A stretch of 64,000 nt of DNA from Vicugna vicugna (Eukaryota): assembly GCA_013265495.1 (NCBI GenBank), contig MU058221.1:4652001-4716000 (forward strand). Direction: 5' to 3'. Positions 51,497-64,000 of the stretch are shown here, piece after piece. Position 1 is the stretch's first letter. The number at the start of each line of letters is the position of its first letter. The position numbers and the translations under genes are program-made. The notes beneath the pieces were generated by a model. It was given only the letters and a program-made list of their open reading frames with translations. It did not search any database and was not told where the DNA came from.

Positions 51497-51987
51497 TTTC
51501 CTGACCCCAGGTGCTGTCTGAGTGAGATGCTTCATAAACATGTCTACACCATCATTAGAAAGGAGGGGGTTTGCCTGAAAGCGTAACACTTAACCACATT
51601 CCTCTCTGGAAGTGCAACGATAGTAAGTAGAACCATTTTTTCCTTCTTGCCTGTTATAAATTATTACTCCCTTCCCAGTAGGCTTGTAATTGGCTTTTTA
51701 TAAGTCTTCTCTGGGAGAAAGCTTAGAAATTTGGCTCCAAGCCAGAGAGTAACACATTGCATAAAAGAGACAGAAAAAGAATATGAATTTTCAAATGAGC
51801 AAATTAACTAAAAAGAAAATAGAAATTCTACATATTCCTTAAGGAGGAGGATAAAAATATAGCATGCAGAAGGGGCCAGTTTTCTGGAAATTATGCAAAT
51901 TAAAAGGAAGCTAGAAGTAAGGGAAAACTATAAAAATGATTCAAAACCTGAGAATTTATCTGGCATAGACACTTGCATGGGTTTTGT

Positions 51988-52259
51988 AGTTAGTATCTGC
52001 AAATCCCAAACTCCTAATTTAACCCTTCCCCCCTCCTTCCCCTTTGGTAACCATAAGTTTATTTTCTATGTCTGTGAGTATGGTTCTGTTTTGTAAGTAA
52101 GTTCATTTGTGTCTTTTCTTTTTTTTAGATTCCATATATAAGTGATATCATGTGGTATTTTTCTCTTTCTGGCTTACTTCACTTAGAATGACTATCTCCA
52201 GATCCATCCATGCTGCTGCAAATGGCATTTTATTCTTTTTTACGGCTGAGTAGTATTCT

Positions 52260-52303
<44 letters not shown>

Positions 52304-52438
52304 TTTACATCTTCTTTATCTAGTCATCTGCCAATGGACATTTAGGTTGCTTCCATGTCTTGGCAATTGTAAATAGTGCTCCTATGAACATTGGGGTGCA
52401 TGTATCTTTTTGAATTAGAGTTCCCTCTGGATATATGT
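51988..52438 (-). mobile_element. L1 3' region containing (GT)n at 52261-52300
   Basis: tagattccatatataagtgatatcatg...atggacatttaggttgcttccatgtcttgg. Confidence 0.9.
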
Positions 52439-52659
52439 GGTTGGGCTGTTTTAAGCAGTGAAATCACCAACAACAGGAGAAAAATGAGGTACTAAATAGA
52501 CTATAAAAAGGACGCTTATTTATAGTGTAAGAGCTCAAATAAGAATGCAGAACATTGCTTTGTTTCACAACTTGAGGAACAGAGCTTCATTTGTTTTTAG
52601 GTAGATACATCTTATATCAAAGTGACTTTTCAAAGAGTTTCATCCACTGAGAGCACTGA

Positions 52660-53025
52660 TGCTACAGACTGAATGTTTATGTTTTCCCAAGACTCATCCA
52701 CTGAAATCCTCACCCCCAAGGTTAGGAGGTGGGGCCTCTGGGAGGTGGTTAGGTCATGAGAGTGAAGTCCTCATAAATGGGGTTAGTGCCCTTATAAAAG
52801 GGACCCCAGAGAGGCCCCTTGCCCCTTCTGCTGTGTGAGGACACAGAAGACGGCTGTCTATGAACCAGGAAGCACTTCCTGACCAGACCCAGACCTGCCA
52901 GTGCCTTGACCTGGGGCTTCCCAGCCTCCAGAATTGTGAGATAAATTTATGTTGTTTATAAACTGCTCTATAATATGCTGACTCTAACATGCTGTTACAG
53001 GAGCCCAAATGGATGGACTAAGTCA
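52660..53025 (+). mobile_element. MLT1A-type MaLR solo LTR
   Basis: ggtggggcctctgggaggtggttaggtcatgag...tgcccttataaaagggaccccagag...cagcctccagaattgtgagataaattt. Confidence 0.88.
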
Positions 53026-53471
53026 ACCGGAGAAGAAAATGAAGGACCAAAGCGCACTGTCAAGGGAGAGCAGACTTCACACACAGACCAGGGGCGTGCA
53101 GGACCCAGGACCACAGGGCTTTCTGTTGAGATATATATAAGCGGGGGGGGGGGGAGGGATGCTCATCTGGGGGAGAAAATACTTGTTTAACGTGTAAAAG
53201 AAAGAGAAACACAGAAGACAGACTATCCTATCAAAAGACACAAGTAGTGTTAACCTAACAGCTAACAGCAAAAGTCCACTGAGGAAGGAACCAGCTTCGG
53301 GGAAGCTCCTCCATCAGCTGCTTGTGGTAGAAAGGGAGGCCCCGAAACCTCTTTTTAGCAAAATACAAAGTGACAAAGAACAAGTACGCTGTCCTGCTGG
53401 AGAGGAAGAGGGGAGTTGGTATTTCTTGAAGGTACGGATGGAGACAGGAAGAAGGGAATCAGAAAATGGAA

Positions 53472-53765
53472 GGAGGGAGGGTATAGCTCAGTGGTAGCAT
53501 GCGTGCCTAACATGCACGAGGTCCTGGGTTCAATCCCCAGCAATGCCGTTAAAAAAAAAAAGAATAAATAAACCTAATTACCTCCACCCTCAAAAGATAA
53601 ACCCAAAATAAAAAATAGTAATTAAGAGGTATTTTAAGGGGGAGGGTATATAGCTCAGTGGTAGAGCACATGCTTAGAATGCACGAGGTCCTGGGTTCAA
53701 CCCCCAGTACCTCCATTTAAAATAAATAAATAAACCTAATTACCTCCCCCAAAATAAAAATTTTA
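53472..53765 (+). mobile_element. Two head-to-tail vic-1-like SINEs (~53472-53615 and ~53638-53765)
   Basis: Two tRNA-like heads; the second is flanked by TSD aaga(g/a)gtatttt. Confidence 0.9.
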
Positions 53766-54577
53766 AAAAGAAGTATTTTTTTTAAAAGTCAAATTATACA
53801 CACATAAAGTGAAAGTCTCTCCTTTCATCCACTCCCCTACAAATTCACTGCCCTTAGAAGAAACTATTGTTAACAGACTGAAGTTTATTCTTCTGGATAT
53901 TTTCTAAGAATTTATAAATATATATAAATTTTTTAAATATAAGTTACATTTTAAAAAGGAAGAGAGGAGATTGTAAGAAAGTGGGAATTAGGAAAAACAC
54001 AGAGTAGGGACTTGCCCAAGGCACCCAGAGGGCTTTTCAGATCAAGGACGTGTCATAAAAAATACAGATTTTCTCCCTCCCCTTAACCCACAAAACTTTG
54101 GTCAAAGCTGTGCTGTGCACACCAACCTTACAGTTACAGTTGCTTGAAGACGGCTGTCCCTATTTGGATGTGCGTCAACGTGGACAAAAAATTTCAGAGA
54201 AACCAGAAGGAACCATAAGAACAGAATATTCCTGAAATTTCAGGGAAACCACAGGGAAGCATCAAATAGGAGTTGGAATCATTCTTATCCAGGTCTTTAT
54301 CAGACTCCAGAGGACATTTGGATTACACATAAAATTTCAGAAACATGTCTTGTGGAGGTGAAAGGAGAGTTTAGAAGTTAAAGGGATGATTTTTGAATAA
54401 CAGACACTAAGCCACTGATTGAATGAGCCCACTTCTGCAGCGTCTGAACTGCTGGCCACGACGAATTAGTGGGCGATAAAATCAAACTGGCAGGTCATAA
54501 GCAGTAATTTTAATAAAATAATAAAATGGAAAGGAATCATCCAACCCCACCGGCCAGGAGGGAAATGTAATTTAAGA

Positions 54578-55220
54578 CACTGAAGAGACAGAACTCCACA
54601 CCTATGAGAACAGCTAAAATTAAAAATAGTGACAATACCAAATGCTGATGAGGATGCAAAAAACCTGGATGTCTCATACATTGGTAGTGGGACTGTAAAA
54701 CGGTACAGCCACTCTGACAAACTGGGGGAAAGTTTCCTACAGAACTAAACACACACTTCCCACACGATCCAGCAATCACTCCCCTGGACGTTCATCCCAG
54801 AGAAACAAACACTTACGTCCACACACGCCAGTGGACGTAACAGTGCTGTTTCCTGTTTCTAGCTCTTAAAGAGAACGCTGCTGTGAACATTTGTGTATAG
54901 TCGAAATGACCTTCAACCGATGATTCATTCATACTGTGGAATACCACTCAGAAATAAAAATGAATGAGCCACTGATACACTCAACAACTTGAGTGGATCT
55001 CAAGGGTATCGCAATGAGTGGGAAAAGCCAATTTCAAAAGACAAAATTTTGCAGATGGAGACCAGATAAGTGGTGGCTAGGAGTTATGGGTGGAGGTGGA
55101 GTGGTGGCGATAAGACTATCAAGGAGAAGTAACTCAAGGGATTCCCTCTGCAGTGATGGCATAGGTCTGTCTGGATTGTGGTGGTTGTACAAATCTATAC
55201 ATGTGATAAAACTGCATAGA

Positions 55221-55258
<38 letters not shown>

Positions 55259-55440
55259 TATACCAACTGGTGAAGTCAGGAAAAGTTCTGTAAATTGCAC
55301 CAGCATCAGCGTGCTGGTTCTGATACAGCATCACGGTTGTGTGAGATGTTACCACTGAGCACACAGAGGACTTCAGTGCACTATCTTTGCAATTTTCTGT
55401 GAGTCAGTAGTCATTTCAGAATAGAAAGTTTTTGAAAATG
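54578..55440 (+). mobile_element. Old L1M 3' portion with (AC)n at ~55224-55255
   Basis: ataccaaatgctgatgaggatgc...ggtagtgggactgtaaaacggtacagccactctg...atccagcaatcactcc. Confidence 0.8.
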
Positions 55441-55869
55441 AAAAGGGGTCAAACAGAGAAAGCCAGAGTGCATCACTCACACTAAGAGTGAGTATTGTTC
55501 TGGTGAAACTCCTGTTTCATTTCCATGCGCTCAGTGGGTCCTGGGTCACCGTGTGAAATGTACTTACTGTACTTCTGGGGAGAAGGGAGGGCAGTCATCA
55601 AGGTCAAAACCAGTTTGAAAACCACTGCTTTACAGCAAGCTTGGGAGACTCAGAGACCTAGAAGGGGCCAGGCAGAAAGTGTGAAGAAGACAGGCCTGGC
55701 TCCTTAAAACTGTCATCACTCCTGTTTCCCGTATAACAGCCACAGTTCTGACTGTGGCAGGTTTCATAACAATATGAGCATTTTTTACTGCCACAGACAC
55801 ATAAGCTCTTTCTTAATGTTTTTAACTACATGGCACTCAATCTACCTGTTCTCCCCACTTTGATAGTGC

Positions 55870-56800
55870 TAATTTGATAGTAACAAATTACCCCAAATCT
55901 TAGCAACATAAAACAACATCTATCATCTCACAGTTTCTGGGAATGGCTTAGCCGGGTGGGTCTGGCTCGGGGTCTTCCAGGAGGCTGGCACTGCACTGTC
56001 AGAGACCTGCAGCCATCTGAAGACTCAACCAGGGCCAGAGGATCGACTGCCAAGCTCATTGATAAGCTTCAGCTCCTCCCCTGCTGTTGGCCAGACTTGA
56101 AGTCCTCACCATGTGGGCGTCTCCGTAGGGCTGCTCCCAACATGGCAGCCAGTTTCCCCCAGAGGGAGGAGTACAAGAGAGGGAGAAAGCGAGGCACCAC
56201 AAATGGAAAGTTAATCTTAGAAATGGCAGACTATCTCCTCTACCATATGCCTTCCATCCCACAGACCAACCCTGATACAATAGAGGAGAAGACGACACAG
56301 AAGTGGGAAGGACCGTTAGGGGCCATCTTTTTTAAATTGGTCTAGTCAGTTTACAATGTTGGGTCAGCTTCTGGTATATAGCATAATGTTTCAGTCATAC
56401 ATATATATTCCTTTCCATATTCTTTTTCATTATAGGTTACTACGAGATACTGAATATAGTCCCCTGCACTATACAGTGTGTTCATTTTATATATGGTAGC
56501 TAGTATCTGCACATCTCAAACTCCCAATTTATCCCTTCCCCCTTCCTTCCTCTCCTGGTGACCATGAGTTTGTTTCCCATGTCTGTGAGTCTGTTTCTGT
56601 TTTGTACATAAGTTCATTTACGTCTTTTTTTTTTTAAGATTCCACATATAAGTGATATCACATGGTATTTTTCTTTCTCTTCCTGGCTTACTTTACTTAG
56701 ACTGATGATCTCCAGCTCCATCCATATTGCTGCAAGTGGCATTATTTTATTATTTTTAATGGCTGAGTAGTATTCCAGGGGCCATCTTGAAGGCTGATGT
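55870..56800 (-). mobile_element. MLT1 MaLR LTR interrupted by an L1 3' end (56330-56776)
   Basis: MLT1 motifs at 55880-56320; L1 flanked by 12-bp TSD aggggccatctt at 56318-56329 and 56777-56788. Confidence 0.85.
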
Positions 56801-58074
56801 CCACAAATACAGACCTGGGAAGAAGAAATATTTATCCACTATAAGTAAAACACCAGTACATATATAATAAATGCAATGACCCTGGTCTCCATGCTGCGAA
56901 AATATTTGGGAGTGGTGGAGAATCCAGTCAACCAAAGCAGACATCCCCCATGTCAAGGGTCAGCTGCTAATCATGATGCTGCTACGAGAAAATAGAGACC
57001 CAGTGTCACTAGATCTTCAACTTGGAAATCTTCCGATGTCTGAGAATTGGCTGAAGGTTTTTGTTAAGTTTAACGTGATCAAACATCTGGGTCCAGGTTG
57101 CCAGTTTGCAAACCCTGCTGCAGGATCCAGGCAAGGACAGGGCTGTGGTTAAGGGCTCAGGATTTAGAATCAGCTAGACCTGGATTCTAGGTCCAGCCAT
57201 GCCAGTTACCTGCTGTGTGACCTTGACCAAGCCTCAGAGCCCATGCTATAGAGCAGAGAGGATCAAAACTCTGCCACTTTACACTTTTTCGGTGAGGGTT
57301 GAGATAATGTGAGTAAAGTCCTTCTCACAGACTGGAACCCAACAGCTGCTCAGACGTGTCCGTTGCCATCACTATTGCTGTTCCAGCACCAGAAATGAAA
57401 ACTGAAACACTGACATCCTCAGCCACGCTGTGACTGTTAGCGACGTGGGCAACCTCAGCAACGCCAGCGCTGACTTATGCCCGAAGCAGAACAATCGTGA
57501 CAGAGGCTGAGCCACAAAGGCCCACTGTGCTTTCCTCGCCATTCTGTCTTAAACACCATGACCTGCAAAGAGAAGTGTTTTGATGGTATGGCAAACACAG
57601 AGGTCACATCTTGATTTCTTTGCTTCCCACACATCCTCTGTGTGGGAGTCACACAGCTACTTTCAGGCTGGCAAAGCTGGCATCCAAAAGGAGGCTGTTT
57701 CACCACTGGAAAAGCATCACAAGAAAGACCAGGGAGGTTATCTAGGGAGAAGCGATTTTGCTCACTTGGGACCCTACTCCAGCCCAAGGTCTGAGCCATC
57801 TCTATCACAGTCCATGTACTTGGCTAGCCACTTCTCCTTGAATGCCTCCAGTGACAGGGAACTCATCACCTCCCCAGCAGTAGCTTATTCCATTTTGCTA
57901 GGGAATTTGTTATGCATTTGTTCAAAGACTATTGACTGAGCACTTACTATAAATCAGGTGCTGTATTTGGTGACACAGTGGTAAATGAGACAGATGAGGT
58001 CTCCCATTTTCTAGTGTGGGAGACAGACAATAAACAAAGAAATGAATATATAACATGTTTGGCAGAGAGAGATT

Positions 58075-58565
58075 TGTTGACAAAATAATCAATACACAAT
58101 CTATAAACAGAGAGAAGAACTTTCTTTGAGCCAGACTGGTGACTATCGCCCAGAAGATATCCTCTCAGATAACTCTGAGGGACGGCTCCAGAGAAGGATG
58201 GTTTTCAGCACAGATTTATATCTTGTCAGAACAAAGATCAGGGATACATTCCTCCAAGGTCTTGAAAAACAAATCAGCACATACACAGAGAGCCTGTACG
58301 GACTTGGCACCTGGGAAGGGAGTCTTTTTGTCCAAGATGTACCAGCACTGACATCCCAGGAAGGGAGGTATTTAAACTTTATTTATGACATGGGCATCCT
58401 TTACTTCTGGTCAATGACGCTGTTCCTTAATAATTAAAGCAGATGTACAATGTATGTTTGATGGGCCATAAACAGGCTATTCTAGTTAGCACAAAATTCA
58501 AGTTAATTCATGTGTAAGCCAGACTGACTTCCCCTTACCTCAATACGTGAACATTCCTTTGATCA
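58075..58565 (-). mobile_element. ERV1-class solo LTR inserted in an L2 fragment
   Basis: TG...CA termini with 4-bp TSD gatt at 58071-58074 and 58566-58569; L2-like sequence on both sides. Confidence 0.75.
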
Positions 58566-59554
58566 GATTCTAAGAAGAAAAATGAAGCAAAGTAAAAGTT
58601 TAGAGAATGGCAGGGGTGATCAAGGAGAGTTCTCTGAGGAGAGGACACTGGAGCCACTTTCTAAATGAAATGAGAAGGTACACAGTCTAGACTAAGAAGA
58701 GGATCTCATGTGAGCATGTCAGCAAGGAGTAAATGAAGCAGGAGTGAATGTCTTCCTTATAGTCAAAGGAAATCTGGACTGAACTCTTTCTTCCTATATC
58801 ACACAGCCACAAAGCTCACTGCCACTGGAGAGAGTTAATCATGTTACTCATGTCTCTCTACACTTGTGGGTTAATGGTCAGGCCAAGAAGACTCTGCATC
58901 TGGCCCTATCATGTTCATTTCATCATATTTTGTTAATTTCTCCACTGGCTCCACCTTGCCTTGGTGTTTACAGTGTTGCATCCTTCCTAATACAGTTAGC
59001 ATTCTAACCACACCCCAATTCAAGTCCCCCCACAAAAAAGTCAAATTGACCAGACCTGAAGGTTGGAATTCCAGGGCGAATTTCCAAATTCTTCCCCCAC
59101 AACCAGCTTGACAGTCAAGACTCCTTTAGTTCCCTCTTAAGAGCTCTACATTTTCCAGAGCACCCTTCTCAATGAAAGAGATGGAAATATAATCAGAGTT
59201 GAGTGGTTTTGCTTTCTCTATACCATCTGTGAACAGTACACAATCTGTTCCAGGCAGCAGGCTGATACGTTGTCAGACAAATGACGCCCCAAGTCATAAG
59301 GAAACACATGAGCTTGTTGACTGACTCAGAGTCATTCAGTGACTACACCAGACTTGTCACTTAAAAGTCTCATCATCTCTGTATCTTCCACATCTAGAAC
59401 ACTGCCAGACACTCCGTGGGCATTTGATAAACACTTATTGATAAGTAGACATGGGAGTTTTATGGGAAATATTTAGGAAAAAAATCCCCAAACGGGACCT
59501 AAGACCCTGGCACCACTAAGTTATGATCTTTCTATCTCATGGGAAAATAAGATG

Positions 59555-61345
59555 TGTTGCAACATCACAACAAGTCCCCAAACTTAGTGACTTTACAATA
59601 ACAGCAACATTTATTTCGCTCGGGAACCTGCACTGGGACCAGGGACAGCTTGTGTCCGCTCGGCTCAGCGTTAGCTCCTGTGCTGCAGGGGCTCGTGGTT
59701 GACGCTGGCTGTCGGCTGAGACCTCAGCTGCGGCTTGTGGCTGAGACGCCTGCACGTGGCTGCTCCGTGTAGGTGCTTGGTTTTCTCAGAGTGTGGAGGC
59801 ACTCCGAGAGAGTGTCAGGCAGAGCTGTGCGGCCCTTTATGTACTAGCCTCAAAGCCGAAAAGTATAATTTCTGCCACATTTTATGTATTGGAAGAAAGT
59901 CATGAAGGACAGTGTGTATGCAGGAGTTAGTGGGAGAAATGTCAAAGAATATGCAGACGTTTTAAAACCACTACCCACTTTGCTAGACACCTCAAACTAA
60001 CACTGTAAATCAACTACACTTCAATTAAAAATGAGAAAATTTTAAAAATCGAGAAAAATAAATAAATAAATAAAACCACTACCCAGAGGACTGAATGAGA
60101 CTAACAGATTTGACCTTTGTTCTTAAGCAAACCAATGCCTAGGAGGCTACAAGCTTGTTTAGAGAAGGGCCACAGAAATGCACTGAGTGATAATAAAGAG
60201 CGTTTACAAGTCCACTTAAATTTCCTTAGCTCGGAAATTCCGCAGGCTTGGTATATTTGAAACATCTGTATCCGCAACTGTATCTAGAAGAAATGGATTC
60301 CTTTGTTTCCCAAATGGGAGGAAGCTGGAGTTCACCACGGGTCCAAACTGGGCTGCCTTCACAGGCCTAAGGCGGGGCCCAGGAAGGTAACACCTAGTTC
60401 ACACTTGGCTTTACATCTGAAAAGGAATGCAGCACCAGTGAGACCCTCCAAAGAGTCGATGCCTCCGGATGTCTGGATATTTTCATGCTCAAGTTTGGCA
60501 GATCCTCCAGCAGTGAATGGCAGAGGCTGCTCCAAGTCCACCGACCCCCACTTTTCTCTACTCCTGGGCACACAGCTTGACTACATTTCCCAGCCTCCCT
60601 TGCAGTTACGTGCGACCACATGACTGAGTTCTGGACAAAGAGAAGGCAGCAGAAGTAATGAAGGCTACTTCCAAGCCTGGTCTGTAAAAACTCCAGTGCA
60701 CTCCTCTGTCTTCTCTTTTCCCCTCCACTGGCTGGATGGGGTACACTTCGAGGACCTAGACGATGATACCGAGTGATGAGAGGGAAGGGGGCTTGGCTGG
60801 TAAAGTGACTATGTGGAGGAGAGCTGCCTGACCAGAAACAACATAAAATGTCGCTGCATGAATGGAAAAGAAACTTTTACTGCGTTAAGCCCCTCTAGGG
60901 GGTCATTGGTTACAGTTGTGTGTCTACCCTGACGGTGAAGTTGGATTTCTACTTAAGAAATGCTCGTTTGCCTTCCTCTTCGACCATAGGTGGAATACAC
61001 TTCCCCATTCTGTGGGTAGGTTTGGCCAGTGGGATGCTGACAAACAGGAGGTGACATGACATGCTTTTGCACACACTTCAACACTTCTGCACTCTCATGC
61101 GCAACAGCCCTCTTACTCTTTTCCCAACACCTTGAGAACAAGCTCCAGCTAGTTCTTGAGCCAGAGCATGAGACACTCAGGGGCAGACTTGGATCCAACC
61201 AGCAGTGCAGAGCCAAGCCCAGCCTAGCCCAACCCAGCAGCAGCTGCCTGCAGCTGAATGAACAAGAATAAGTTATTAGTGTCTTAAGCCACTGAGTTTT
61301 GCCATAATTTGTTACACAGCATATTGTGGCAATAGTTGGCTGATA
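59555..61345. mobile_element. Three old MLT1-type LTR relics (~59555-59970 minus; ~60560-60930 and ~60985-61345 plus)
   Basis: ccccaaacttagtgacttta; ctacatttcccagcctcccttgcagtt; ttaagccactgagttttg...ttgttacacagca. Confidence 0.7.
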
Positions 61346-62601
61346 CACTACCAAAGTTGTGAGTCTGCCGTGTCATTTTCATGGGGCTGCCCTGTTACCT
61401 TTACACTTGATGTCTGTTTATCTCCTTTAGGTTTTATGCCCAAACTCTTACACATGAAGAAACTGAAGTGCAAGAAAAGACTTGTCCAAGGTCACACAGG
61501 GAGTTTCGTATATCAAATTCATTGGCATAAATTTATTTCCTTCTGTTCCACTGAAGGAATGTGAGAAAAGCAGATAAAACCAGGAAGGGATAGGGACAGA
61601 ATTTAGGATGTTTCCACCAAATGCCACTTTAACAGAACTTGGTAATACTCCTTAACATTTGGAAAATCCAGTACAAATAAAACAATGACCAGCTTCACCC
61701 CTTGGGTTATTAATTAATGGAACTTATTATCTAAAGATGTTGCACAGGCTGAAAAAACAACTTTTCTAAGAAAGATTTGAGTAACTGCATTATAGCACTC
61801 CTATAATGGGATAAAAAGGAATAGAAGAATGTTTGTGGAGACATCTTCAAGGTTAACTTGAAGGAGGAAAACACACCTAGCGTTCCTAGGAGATCTGGGG
61901 ACCCCCTCGGGACTGCCTGCTCCCTCCACCGCCTTCCAGACAATGCTTGTAACAAGCATTTAGGAGCAGCAGCGGCGGGTGATGCAGGAGCTGCCCAGCT
62001 CGGGGAAGGGAGACAACTATGCGAGGGCAACCGGCCCCAACCTGAGCAAAGGGCGGTGGAAACCTATCTGCCACCACCCCCCACCCCGTCTCTACATCTC
62101 TAGGACCCTCTGCTCTGATCCTTTTGGTGCAGGACCCCGCAGGGGTTCACCTCCTCAAGGGGCGGACAAGCGGGGGTGGGGGAGCAGGGGCAAGGCATGG
62201 GGACTGCACAGGGGTGTGGCGTCCCCCGCGAACGGGGACTCCTGTAGAGCGCGCGTGCACGCCCGCACATCCACACCCACAACGACACACTACACACTCA
62301 CACCAAACCGTACACCCCTCCCTCGCCGGTTTCCCGCGCCCCTTCTGCGCGTGAGCAGATTTCCGGAGAGGGGAGTGCAGCCCCCTAAGAAAAACGAAGG
62401 CTTGGCTCCCACCTTGGCGGCGCCTGAGGTCTCCACGGCGGGGACTCGGCGAGCTGGGGGAACTGGGCGCAGGGGCCCCGCGCGCGGGAAGAGCCGCGCC
62501 CAGCCTAGCGGGTAGCCGGGCGGAGGGCGCGGGAGGGAAGCGGGCGGCCCACGCCGGCCCCGCCCCCCGGCCGTCGGGCCCGCCCCCTTTGCGGCGGGCG
62601 A

Positions 62602-62629
62602 GGGGCGGGGCGGGGTGCGGCGTATATAA
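62602..62629 (+). promoter_or_regulatory. TMSB10: TMSB10 core promoter: tandem GC boxes and TATA box
   Basis: GGGGCGGGGCGGGG at 62602-62615; TATATAA at 62623-62629, about 25 nt before a pyrimidine-rich start region. Confidence 0.85.
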
Positions 62630-62649
62630 GACGAGGGGCGGGCGCCACT

Positions 62650-62716
62650 CTTTTGTCTCTTGCTGCAGCGGAGCGAGCGGGAGCATCCGGACCTCGGCTC
62701 GGAGCGGAACTCCTCG
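62650..62716 (+). other. TMSB10: TMSB10 non-coding exon 1 (start approximate)
   Basis: Downstream of the TATA box; ends at donor tcg|gtgagc; next acceptor at ctag|63001. Confidence 0.7.
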
Positions 62717-63000
62717 GTGAGCGGCGCGCTGGGGCGGGGGCCCCATCAGGGTGGGGTCGGAGCGGGTTTCCCCAGCGGGCGCGGCGCGGCGCGGCTGCAT
62801 CCGGGCGCGCTTCCCCGACGGGGCGCCCGGGCCGGCCACACCCTGGGGCTGCGGAGGGGGTGCGGGACGCGCACAGATCCTCGACCTCGCGGCTGCCGGG
62901 AACGCCCTGATCGGAATGCCACGTCGAGAGGCGGCGGCGGGGAGCGTGGAGGGGGCCGCTGGCCCTGGCCCTGGGCCAACCGCCTTGGTTTGCCCGCTAG

Positions 63001-63177
<177 letters not shown>

Positions 63178-63392
63178 TAACCCAGCCCCCCACTCCCATC
63201 CGGCCGGTGCCTCCCATCGAGCGGCCCCAGTCCCCCTTTCTGTTACACAAAGCGCTGTTTCTCCACAGCCCCAAACCCCTTTCTGAATCCCCAGACCGCG
63301 TGGGTGCCTCGCCCACACCAGGTTTTAAGCGCCTCGGTGGGGGGGTTGCAAGGGGTCCCCATCCCCCAGTGCCCGCTTCCTGCTCTCTACAG

Positions 63393-63421
63393 CCATTGAG
63401 CAGGAGAAGCAAGCGAAGTGA
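63393..63421 (+). CDS. TMSB10: Thymosin beta-10, last coding exon (42-aa product ending TIEQEKQAK)
   Basis: ctctacag| acceptor; (T)IEQEKQAK*, TGA at 63419-63421. Confidence 0.96.
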
Positions 63422-63655
63422 AATTTCCTAAGCACCTGGAGGATTCTCCACCCCCATCATCCTGGAGACCCTAGTCGTGATGTGGGTGAAGAGCCACCTG
63501 CAAGATGGACACGAGCGACAAGCTGCACTGTGAACCCGGGCGCTCCGTGCCGGCGCCACCGGCCCGCGGGTCTCTGAGGGGACCCTCCAATCGGACTGCC
63601 AAATTCTCCGGTTTGCCCTGGGATATTATAGAAAATTATTTGTATGATTAATGAA

Positions 63656-63661
63656 AATAAA
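63656..63661 (+). terminator. TMSB10: TMSB10 polyadenylation signal
   Basis: AATAAA after an AT-rich 3' UTR segment, with GT-rich sequence downstream. Confidence 0.85.
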
Positions 63662-64000
63662 ACACACCTTGTGGCATGGCTGGCGTGGTCTGAGTCTCTT
63701 AGTTGAGTATGCGTGGGAAGTGTCGCTGCAGCAAAGCCCCACGCGCCGGACTTCCTGCCGCAGAGCGGGGGAGGGGGTCTCGGGGTGGGCGGGCTGGGAG
63801 GGCCCACCTTTTAATTTTGTCTTTATCTGCTTCTCCGTAGGATTTCATGGGTTATTAGCCGCTTACTCTTGCTTGCAATGCAATTTATACAAAATATAAC
63901 CCCACTTTTCGTTCCTGGAAACTGTTTTGGAAAATACTTTTTCAGAAAAGCAGGATTTGTTTCTGATAAGCTTTTACAGCCCTACTATTTTCCGGCCTCG

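Overview
Mammalian genomic DNA, most likely a camelid (seven copies of a tRNA-derived SINE matching the camelid vic-1 type). The window is the syntenic block DNAH6 - TRABD2A - TMSB10. It holds the last five coding exons and polyA signal of axonemal dynein heavy chain DNAH6 (+), a decayed TRABD2A/TIKI1 gene (-), and an intact thymosin beta-10 gene (+). In TRABD2A, remnants of exons 1, 3, 5 and 7 are recognisable, with two 1-nt frameshifts and a stop in the ancestral frame; I could not find exons 2, 4 or 6. Splicing the surviving exons 3+5+7 nevertheless gives an unbroken 137-aa frame that ends in the native hydrophobic/GPI-type tail. TMSB10 carries a 4-nt duplication that gives the artiodactyl 'QAK' C-terminus. 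The remainder is L1, SINE, MaLR/ERV LTR, DNA-transposon and MIR/L2 relics, a short interstitial telomeric repeat, CpG islands, CTCF-like motifs and two assembly gaps. No prokaryote-type system is present. Gene and repeat identities come from my recall of the human proteins and repeat consensuses, not from a database search.
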